Positions 39,699-49,665 of a DNA stretch of 64,000 bases are shown here, piece by piece (positions within the stretch are counted from its first letter, which is position 1; each line of letters starts with the position of its first letter). The stretch comes from Malacoraja senta (taxonomy: Eukaryota): assembly GCA_038087875.1 (NCBI GenBank), contig CM075990.1, positions 10,480,001 to 10,544,000 on the forward strand, written 5' to 3'. The notes under the pieces are model-generated. The model saw only the letters and a program-made list of their open reading frames with translations. It was not told the DNA's origin and did not search any database. Made by a program: the position numbers and the translations under genes.

Positions 39699-41315
39699 CA
39701 GTGGCTTGCAAAAGTTTTCATACCCCTTGAACTTTTCCACATTTTGTCACGTTACAACCACAAACGTAAATGTATTCTATTGGGATTTTATGTGATAGAC
39801 CAACACAAAGTGGTGCATAATTGTGAAGTGGAAGGAAAATGCTACATGGTTTTCAATTTTTTTTACAAATAAAAAACTGAAAAGTGTCGCGTGCAAAAGT
39901 ATTCAGCCCCCCTGAGTCTTTGTAGAATACTTTGTAGAACCACCTTTCGCTGCAATTACAGCTGCAAGTCTTTTGGGGTATGTCTCTACCAGCTTTGCAC
40001 TTCTAGAGACTGAAATTTTTGCACATTCTTCTTTGCAAAATAGCTCAAGCTCAGTCAGATTGGATGGAGAGGGTCTGTGAACAGCAATTTTCAAGTCTTG
40101 CCAGAGATTCTCAATTGGATTTAGGTCTGGACTTTGACTGGGCCATTCTAACACATGAATATGCTTTGATCTAAACCATTCCATTGTAGTTCTGCCTGTA
40201 TGTTTAGGGTCGTTGTCCTGCTGGAAGCTGAACCTCCGCCCCAGTCTTTTGCAGATTCTAACAGGTTTTCTTCCAAGATTGCCCTGTATTTGGCTCCATC
40301 CATCTTCCCATCAACTCTGACCAGCTTCCCTGTCCCTGCTGAAGAAAAGCATCCCCACAGCATGATGCTGCCACCACCATGTTTCACAGTGGGGATGGTG
40401 TGTTCAGGGTGATGTGCAGTGTTAGGTTTCCGCCACACATAGCGTTTTGCATTTAGGCCAAAAACTTCAATTTTGGTCTCATCTGATCAGAGCACCTTCC
40501 TCCACATGTTTGCTGTGTCCCCCACATGGCTTGTGGCAAACTGCAAACAGGACTTCTTATGGCTTTTTTTCAACAATGGCTTTCTTCTTGCCACTCTTCC
40601 ATAAAGGCCCGATTTGTGGAGTGCACGACTAATAGTTGTCCTGTGGACAGATTCTCCCACCTGAGCTGTGGATCTCTGCAGCTCCTCCAGAGTTACCATG
40701 GGCCTCTTGGCTGCTTCTCTGATCAATGCTCTCCTTGCCCGGCCTGTCAGTTTAGGTGGATGGCCATGTCTTGGTAGATTTGCAGTTGTGCCATACTCTT
40801 TCCATTTTCGGATGATGGATTGAACAGTGCTCCGTGAGATGTTCAAAGCTTGGGATATTTTTTTATAAACTAACCCTGCTTTAAACGTCTCCACAACTTT
40901 ATCCCTGACCTGTCTGGTGTGTTCCTTGGGCTTCATGATGCTGTTTGTTCACTAATGTTCTCTAACAAACCTCTGAGGCCTTCACAGAATAGCTGTATTT
41001 ATACTGAGATTAGATTACACACAAGTGGACTCTATTTACTAATTAGGTGACTTCTGAAGGTAATTGGTTGCACTGGATTTTATTTAGGGGTGTCAGAGTA
41101 AAGGGGGCTGAATACTTTTGCACGCGACACCTTTCAGTTTTTTATTTGTAAAAAAATTTGAAAACCATGTATCATTTTCCTTACACTTCACAATTATGCG
41201 CCACTTTGTGTTGGTCTATCACATAAAATCCCAATAAAATACATTTACGTTTGTGGTTGTAACGTGACAAAATGTGGAAAAGTTCAAGGGGTATGAATAC
41301 TTTTACAAGCTACTG
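39699..41315 (-). mobile_element. Full-length Tc1/mariner DNA transposon, Passport-like, IR/DR type
   Basis: TA TSD (39697-98, 41316-17); ~213-bp TIRs starting cagtggcttgcaaaagt with internal direct repeats; 1617 bp. Confidence 0.95.
39915..40936 (-). pseudogene. Tc1 DD34E transposase, inactivated
   Basis: MKPKEHTRQVRDKVV...GHPPKL...ARRKPLL...VL*SDETK...[13 protein letters not shown]...QQDNDPKH...WPSQSPDLNPIENLW; premature stop at ~40487, frameshift at ~40245, small duplication removing the stop at ~39920. Confidence 0.95.
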
Positions 41316-43225
41316 TATTTAACACAAACATAGAGATAATATATAATGTTTGACCTAATGCTTCCATCTTGGATCAAATGTTAATTACTGTCTCAGTTTA
41401 AGAAATACATATTCAGACAGTAATGATATTTACATTTTAACTATTTTTGTGAGTGTAGTTTTATCTAAAACATGTTCTCAAATTAATTGTTTGTCCCATG
41501 TCCTGTGTTTTTTTTTGTAAAAGAATCTTATCCAATACTTTGATAATAACTTCCAGAAGAAACAATGAGTCTGAAATTCCTGGAGGTCTCTGCCAGGGAG
41601 AGCAGGAGAGACCACCTTGAAAATGGCAAAGTCCAGTTTACATCAATCCACTTGATGCACAGCAACTGGCAGCCCAGAGCTGGGAATTGGTTTAAGTAAA
41701 ACCTCATGCTACATTCCCACACATACTTTGAATAGGCAGGAAAATATAACATGCAAGCAGAGATTTGCCAGGCTAAAACAGCAAATCAAATGTATTTGCA
41801 ACATCAAGGTGAATTATAAAATCTCAGGCATTGGAACAATACTGGAGCACAGGACAACAATAGCTTGCAGCACACAATTCATCAGTCACTTCACCATTCC
41901 TCGTTCAACATTTGAAAAATCTCTTGAAACACAGACTAAATCTTTGGTATGATACAGTGCTTTACACAGTTAAAAAATAGTTTGCAGATTTATTACACTC
42001 CTCATCTATGCAACCTTCAGGTAGAAAGTTTCACTTGGAATAGTCGGCCTCATTGGTCATAAATCTCTATTGACCAAACACGCTTTAGAATTAATCAAAG
42101 TCAAAGCATGCCGTGAGATCCTGTTTGTAATCACTTCATCTCTTTGAAAAAGGAAGGCAGATGAATCTTAAAAGACATGACAAAACAAAAATATAGGTAT
42201 TATATTGCAGTTCCAAGACACTTTGTGACCATTTCCATCTACTCTGCTGGGCAGTTTCAAGGCAAAAATCCAATTCAACATTTCACTTTGTATTGAACAA
42301 AAATAATCAAATTATTATGATCTGATATAATCTGATTCAAAATAAATAATACAAAAAGGAACCAAAATCACAAGACATGTTTCAAGCATTTAACAGGAGA
42401 AGATTTATAATTTATTAAATTTCCTTTAAAACCAGAAATAGAATATTAAATTGATCCTATCTAAATGAAGAAAATAATGATCAGGTTTTAACTTTTATTT
42501 GAAATAGAACTAGCTGAAAGCAATTTCTCAACCTGTAGCATAATATTAAGTATGGTTAATTATTTGTATATAGACTTATACAATGAAAAATTAATCTCTC
42601 TTAAAATGAATCGCAATAATAGCTATTCTTGGATTACTTTATGTTATTCAACTTCCTAGAGTACGTTGGCTTGCACGGATGCCATTACATATTTAGTGAT
42701 GCCAATCCTTATTTATTTTAAAATAATGCATTAAATTCAATCGTGTTTTATTGAAGCTCCCCTGCTCACTAACATTTCAGCCATTTATTCATAAAACTGT
42801 GTGCATTTTAATGGTACACTTACGCTCTTATTTGGATATTTTGTATCATGCTCTACAACACTCTGGAGGTAATAGCTCAATATGAAAACTATTCCCAAAC
42901 CCTATTAAGAACAACTGATCTCTACTGCTAATTCAGCACTTGGTGCTTGGGCAATGTTGCTGCTTGAATGGATGGGAAGATTTGGTATTGTATTCAATGC
43001 AATTGAAGGAACTGTAAGCATGTACAGGAAATGGGAAAGGTGAAAGAAAGAATAACCACCAAACTCCCATCACCAGGTAAGCAAAACCTCCTGCTCCTAT
43101 CTTGTTATGTCAGTTATGGGTGAGGGCTTGTGATTGCTGCTGATCTAGAAGGTTGCAGGTCTCTGCGATGTTGTCGCAGACTCCATTGATCAAGATAGGA
43201 ACAGGAATTTTTGCTAAAACTAACA

Positions 43226-43412
43226 AAAAATGCTGGACAAAAACCTCAGAAGGTCAGGCAGCACCAGTAAAAAGAAAAACAGAGTCTGAAGAAGGGTCGA
43301 TCTGAAACGTCACCTATTCCTTTTCTCCAGAGATGCTGTCTGACCCGTTGAGTTACTCCAGCTTTTTGTGTCTATCTTTGGTTTAAACCAACATCTGCAG
43401 TTCCTTCTTAAA
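43226..43412. mobile_element. Penelope-like pLTR units
   Basis: gtctgaagaagggtcgatctgaaacgtcacc...agatgctgtctgacccgttgagttactccagc. Confidence 0.75.
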
Positions 43413-43665
43413 CAATGTAAGTTTGCCGCCCCTTGTCAGAACTGGGAAAGGAAGGAACTGGTTTATTTTTTATATCTCCTTCTCGAAAATTTCAAACTCC
43501 TGGTCTATGAACCTGTGCACAGACTGCCTCCTCTCTCCCACAGCACCCCAAGATCACAGCTGCAGGTCAAAATACCAGTAGCTGGGTGAACCTTAACTTA
43601 ATATTTTTTAATACATACTAGTTGCTTAAAATGCAAATACAAGATATAAAAATATGAAAAGGTGG

Positions 43666-44195
43666 TGTAAATAAGCTCTTTCTAAGCTTCCCCCCAGTCT
43701 AATTCAGTCAATAAAACACCGATTCAAGCACTGGAACAACTAAACTTTATTTTTGGATAGCACAACACATTCCCCTATACGATACCTAAGCCACCACGTG
43801 TTTGATCCTTGTATCTGCCTGGCGAAGCCCTTCAGCCTCGTGCAAGCAGAGACATTCCAAAAGGTCAGGCAGTCCCAAGCGCTCTTCCAGAAGATCGACA
43901 AAGGACCTCGTGGGGGCTGCTTTTTATAAGTCCCCGAACCTCGAGGGGCCGAACTACATGGAGGTGGTTTCTTTACAATCCAATCAAAAATATTAATCAC
44001 ATCAATACATAATAGACAGTTCCCCAACCCAATAACATAATCTCAAATATATTGTATCTGGAAAAGTCTTCCAGAAGGAAGCCAACATAAATGAATAATG
44101 CAACATGTGCCCTGGGATTCAAACAAACCAGTCAGGGCTTAACATTTCAACCAATCAACAATTAATAGGGTAACGGTCTTGCAACATTATTTACA
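43666..44195 (-). mobile_element. Probable solo LTR (~530 bp)
   Basis: Termini tgtaaataa...ttatttaca (9-bp inverted repeat, TG...CA); on the minus strand TATAAAA (~43922-28) precedes AATAAA (~43746-51); no clear TSD. Confidence 0.6.
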
Positions 44196-45257
44196 ATATG
44201 TACACTTAGTTTGCATTAATCCAATCAACTCTATGCATTTTACACCTTATTGTAATAACTCTGCAGATGTCGCATTCATTCTCTGCAACACTGATCTGGG
44301 ACCCAGACTTGCTAGCACCATTGAGCAGCTTGTCTTATTTCTGCAGAGTACATCAGACTTGACCAAAATGGCCTAGCAGTACATAAGTCCTTACTAAATG
44401 TTGGTGCTATTACTGCTCAGTTTTAGCCAGGATTTACAGTGGAAAGTTACTATCCTTTCACAAGTTTAAAACCAGCACTGATACTGCACATTGCAAGGTT
44501 TTAATATTCCAATATCAGCCTAATGAACTTTTTAACTCTCTTTGTTACAATAGAAGATGCCTTGTGCCTAATAAATGTATTAATGTCAGACCAAGTTCTG
44601 ACATTCACATTGCTCAATGTCTCATCTGAAAAGTTGTTATGGTTATATTTGTTTCCATCTATCAGTATGCCAGCCTTGCTTGCTGCCTCTGTGAACTCAC
44701 GATTATTGTAATTTAAAGATGCATGGTTAATGCTTGCCTTCTTCTAATGAGTTCTTCCTTTGAAGCTAGCCTGCTGGGACAGAGACTTTAGTTAGAAGCC
44801 ATTATCAGTTGGCAATGTACTGACTAACAATTGGTGATAATGTTGCTTCATATGCACAGCACAGGGGTGCCCCATGCTTTTGTTGATTCTCCACATGAGC
44901 CCCTTCCCACCCTTCTCCATCTACCCCAATTAGGATGTTCCTCTTTTCTTTTCATCCTTAGGTGTAAGTGTCTTAAAATCAATCTTCTCCTTTAATGCAT
45001 CCAATTTAGTCACTTCAACTGCCCCATGTGCTACTGCATCCCACTTTCCAACACAATTAGTATAATCCTCTATTCATTTCGCCTTCAGGTGTAATTCTTC
45101 TTCTCCTTCAATGCATACAACCGAGTCACTTCGACCACCTAGTACTGCATTCCATTTTCTAACCACCTTCTGGATAAAATTCTCTTCAATACTCTATTAC
45201 ATTTACTGCTATATATCTTATATTGATGGCGTCTTTTTCTGGTCTTATAACATAGAA

Positions 45258-45400
45258 TGGGGTGGGAGATTGAAACCTTCACATGGTCCACCCTGTTTCG
45301 ACTAATGCAATCAACCCAACGTGCACAATCAAATAAGATCAAATAGAACAAGTTGTCCAACAACTTTAGGCTGTGCACGCCATACGCAAGAAGAAGAAGA
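45258..45400 (+). mobile_element. ~140-nt SINE-like retroelement with HDV-like ribozyme head and (AAG)n tail, copy 2
   Basis: Near-identical to the reverse complement of 26546-26684; flanked by taacat(a/t)gaa; sits in the tail of a CR1. Confidence 0.9.
45259..45312 (+). ncRNA. Predicted minimal HDV/CPEB3-like ribozyme (partly decayed copy)
   Basis: GGGGUGG-GA-GAUUGAA-ACC-UUCACAU-GGU-CCACCCU-GU-UUCG-ACUAA-UGCAAUC. Confidence 0.75.
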
Positions 45401-46740
45401 TAACATTGAACACAGAGCAGTACAACATGAGAACAGGCCTTTCAGTCCACAATGTGTGTGCCAAACATGATGCCAAGACCCTATCTTATTCACTGCCACA
45501 TAATCCATTTCCCTCCATTCCCTGAATATCTATATGTCTATCCAAAAGTCTCTTAAATGCCACGATCGTATCTGCCTCAACCACCATCCCTGGCAGCACG
45601 TTCCAGACACTCACCACCCTCTGTGTAAAAAAATTGCCCTGGACATCTCCTTTAAGGAAAAGGTTCTGACTGTCTACCCTACCTGTGGCTCTCATCATTT
45701 TATATACTTCTATCAGGTCTCCCCGCAACCTCTGTTCCAGAAAAACCAATCCAACACTGTCCAATCTCTCCCTGTAGCTAATACCCCAGGCATCATTCTG
45801 GTATCCACCTCTGCACCCTTTCCAAAGACACCACATCCTTTCTCTACTGGGTAGACCAAGACTGCACACAATACTCTAGATGCAGTCTAAACAAAGTCCT
45901 ATACTCTTATTCTCAATGCTCCGACTTATGAAAGCATACCATATGTCTTCTTTACCACTGTCTACTTGTGTTACCACTTTCAGGTAGTTAAGGGCCTGTC
46001 CCACTGTGGGGACCTAATTTGCAAGTTTAGAAGAGTTTAGGAGAGTTTTAAAAAGTGTCATGGTCTTGTTGTATCGCCGAAGTAGAACACCTCCTACGAC
46101 CTCCTTCGACTATGTAGAGAACCTCCTACGAATATGTAGAACACCTCCTTTGACTACGTAGAAGACCTCCTTCGATCTCCTTCAACCTCCTTCGACTATG
46201 TTGAAGACTATCTTCGACTAGCTTCGGAAAATTGGACACCGAATAGTGGAGAGTGAAGACGACCATCTTCGACTACGTCCGACTATACTAATATTATCTA
46301 TGACTACCTTCGATTACCTACGAATAACATGCCAACCTACTAGGACCTACTTTGACTAAACCTATGAGTAAAAAAAAGATCGATTTTTTCCATGCCGGAC
46401 ATTTTTCAGCATGCTAAAAATTAAACCTCGACCAAACTGAGGCCTTGAGTATGCGGGAACTTCTCTCGAGCATGAAGGAGAGTTATTTAGACCTCCTGGG
46501 ACCACGTGTCGACCATGCTGCGAGTTTGAGACGAGCGCAAACTCTTCTAAACTCTCAAATTAGGTCCCCGCAGTGGGACAGGCCCTTTATGGACTTGGAC
46601 CCTAATCCATCTGCGCATCAATGCTATTAAGGGTCATGTCATGAATTGTATATTTTCCCCTTACATTTGACCTCCCAAAGAGCAACACCTCATATTTGCT
46701 CAGATTAAACTCTATCTGCCATTTCTACGCCGATTTCTCC
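45401..46740 (-). mobile_element. CR1 LINE fragment interrupted by a Harbinger MITE
   Basis: ORF 45486-45869 (RLRGDLIEVYKMMR...FFTQRVVSVWNVLP...FKRLLDRH); CR1 sequence resumes after 46589. Confidence 0.85.
45991..46586. mobile_element. PIF/Harbinger-type MITE
   Basis: TIR agggcctgtcccactg(t/c)ggggacctaatttg ... caaattaggtccccgcagtgggacaggccct; TTA TSD; internal arrays of ttcgacta/ctacga. Confidence 0.9.
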
Positions 46741-46970
46741 TGTAATTAGAAATATTTACTCCCTTTGTGGTTAGCCAATGATCCTACAGAAAACACCAGC
46801 TCCTGCAGTGCTTGTCATCATGTCCCAATCTACTGTACGTGCGCTGCAGTGCAGAAGTATGGAATGCACCAAAGTTCAGGTGCTAGTGCATCTGACTTCC
46901 CACTCTGCCCTCATACTCAACTTTGAGCCCAGATGTATTCTGTAATTTGCTGAGTTTAAGGGATGAATAA

Positions 46971-47284
46971 ACTTTAGTTTTTAGTTTAGAGATGCAGTGC
47001 GGAAACTGGCCCTTCGGCCCACGAAGTCCTCGCCGACCAACGATCCCCACACACTAACACTATCCTACACACGCCAGGGACAATTTATAATTATACCAAG
47101 GCAATTGACCTACAAACCTGCACGTCTTTGGAGTGGGGGAGGAAACTGGAGATCCCGGAGAAAACCCACGCAGGTCACCGGGGGAACATATAAACTCAGT
47201 ACTGACAGCACCTGTGGTCAGGATAAAACCTGGGTCTCTGGCACTGTCAGACAACAACTCTACTGCTGCGCCACCGTGCCACCC
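46971..47284 (-). mobile_element. tRNA-derived V-SINE (HE1-like)
   Basis: Minus strand: ggcacggtggcgcagcagtagag A-box, V-domain gacctgcgtgggttttctccggg...ggtttcctccccc, and CR1-like tail ending in (ctaaa)n. Confidence 0.85.
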
Positions 47285-47474
47285 CAAAAATTGGTTCAGG
47301 CACCTCATCTGTACACAAGATTAGCTGGGTTACTTAAAGCAGCTATGTTCACTTGAATGGGACCAACCAGCCTTTAACAAAAAGATAGGTGAACATAATG
47401 AATCACTCAACAGATGCTGCCTGAACTGCTGAGCTGCTCCAGCAGCGTGTTTGCAGCTTTGTTTTCTTTTATAG

Positions 47475-47830
47475 GCAACACAGTGGAGGAGACAATGGAG
47501 CGGCTTCCTCACAGCTCCAACAACGTATGTTCAATCTGAATCTCCAGTGTGGTTTGTGTAGCATTTGATCGTTCCCTGAGTGACCATGTGAGTTTCCCCA
47601 GGATACTTTGGTTTCGTGCCATATTCTAAAGAATTGTAGGTTAATTAACCATTACAAATTGCCCTGGTGTGTTGATGAGTGGTAGAATCATGGACAGTCT
47701 GTGGGAATGGGAGAAGGGGGTGGGAAAGAATAAAATGGGATTAGTTTAAATCGGCACAGAATTGGTGATCTAAAGGGCTGGCGGCACAGAATTGGCAATC
47801 TAAAGGGCTGGCTTCTGTGCTGTATGAGCC
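47475..47830 (+). mobile_element. Degenerate V-SINE
   Basis: Decayed A/B boxes and V-domain; 30-bp internal tandem duplication at ~47753-47812. Confidence 0.55.
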
Positions 47831-48238
47831 TATTATTTGAAAAAAACATAAAAGTCACATCTCAAATCTTACCACTATCAGTGGTTATGTTGTCAGCCTC
47901 TAAGGTTGGAAGCTCAGGAATTCTCACCAACAATCTTTCTTTCTTAAAACCGACCACTTTCACCAAACTTTAAGACATTTCTTTATGCAGTCTGGCCTCA
48001 GTTTATATTTGATAATATTTGAGGGAAACCCTTGGGATGTTTTATTACACTTAGTGCTATTTACAGTTTTTATGACTTTTTTTGTGTCTAGTTGTCTAAT
48101 TTTCTCTCCCTCTTCCTTATAGTCTTTCCTAGGACAACTGGGCACAACCAGACCATTTGGTCTCTAAGGCCTGTTCCATCATTCAAGATTAAATTGTAGC
48201 TCAACTATGCGGACCCATCTTTGATCCAAATCCTCTGA

Positions 48239-48716
48239 AAAAAGCTCAGAGAATTGCTAAGGACAAACTGCACCCCCTCCACATACACCTGGATCTCCTG
48301 CCATCAGGCAAGAGATATCGCAGCATCAAAGCCCGGACTACAAGACTGCTAAACAGCTTCCTGCCATATGCTGTGAGGCTGCTAAACAGCCACTCTGTAC
48401 TCACAGTCACCTGATTCTGCGGCTTGGCACGGACACTTTAATAACTGGCACTGGCCACTTCAATAACTGGCACTGGCCACTCAAATCAGCCACCCCGGAC
48501 ATGTTTATGATTGGTTTTACTGTATTTTAACGTTGTTTTTACCTACGTTTTAACTATTTATACTGTTCCATCAGGGACTGGATTGTTTTAGTGTTATTAT
48601 GTGTGAAATGTTTTAAATTTCATGTGCGATGCTCCGGTATTCCCTGGGAAACGTCTTTTCATTTTGCACTGTACAACTGTTGCTTGCAAGATGACAATAA
48701 AGGTTGATTTGATTTG
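48239..48716 (+). mobile_element. Rex1/Babar-clade LINE 3' fragment
   Basis: Encodes ...LLPSGKRYRSIKARTTRLLNSFLPYAVRLLN; aataaa plus (GATTT)n tail; TSD atcctctga at 48230-38 and 48717-25. Confidence 0.85.
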
Positions 48717-49356
48717 ATCCTCTGATGTACTTATCTTTCAAAAATCAATTTCAGCTTGAAAATGTAATTTATTCTCCAGCTTAGGTGGTGGAGGGTGGGC
48801 GGTTAGAAAATAGATCTCCAGACTCATTCAACACTGTGGAAATAATAGATTTCTAATTTAACTTCCGAATGCCTTAACTCTAATTTTATAACTGCTCTTT
48901 GTTCTGGATCATCCACCAGAGAAAATAGTTTTTCCATCTTTTCCCTATTGAACCCTTTTAAATACCTGATTAAATCAGGAATAAGCAATCCACAATTATG
49001 CAACACCCAAAAAATTAACCCTTGACATGCCAGCATAACTGTAGTGAATCTATACTAAGTGTAAAGTTAATATATTATTTTTTAAATGTGGCATTTAAGG
49101 TCACATTCCCCCATGACAATAAGGCAACAGCAACAATTATGGCTACCATCAAAGGGAAAGAAGCTGTGGTGGAAGAGCTGTGGTAGAGTCCATAAATTTA
49201 ATGTTTGCATCCTGGAATTCTCGTTAGTGAGATAAAAGGCGGGTGGAAGGATGTGTTGAGTGCCACCACAAGAGCAGCATAGCAAGAGATCATGGTTCCT
49301 GGAAATATTTCCGAGTGTGGGAATCACTATTCTTCCAACAATACACGTAAATTTCA

Positions 49357-49665
49357 CCTGCAGATGTAGATTTACCAAAGTGCTCAGGTAACTCAGCGGG
49401 TCAGGCAGCATCTCTGGAGAACATGGGTAGGGGACATATTGGGTCGGGACTCTTTTACAGTCAGATTGTAGTGGGGGGGAGAAAGCTGAAGAAAGGGTGG
49501 GGACAGGACAAAGCCTGGGAAGTGATAGCTGGATACGGGTGAGGTGGGCTTTTGTTTGGCAGATGGTTGGTCAAAGGCCAGAGGTGAAAAGACAAAGTGT
49601 GAGATAAGGATAGAAGAGGGTTGAAATATGAAGCTAGAGGAAGAAATACATGTGGAAGGGGATGA
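49357..49665 (-). mobile_element. Penelope-like pLTR fragment
   Basis: Same pLTR sequence as 5640-5860. Confidence 0.7.

Noticed and set aside
46080..46360. Regularly repeated short motifs that look CRISPR-like
   Set aside because: These are irregular degenerate repeats inside a TIR-bounded MITE in eukaryotic DNA, with no repeat-spacer structure or cas genes.
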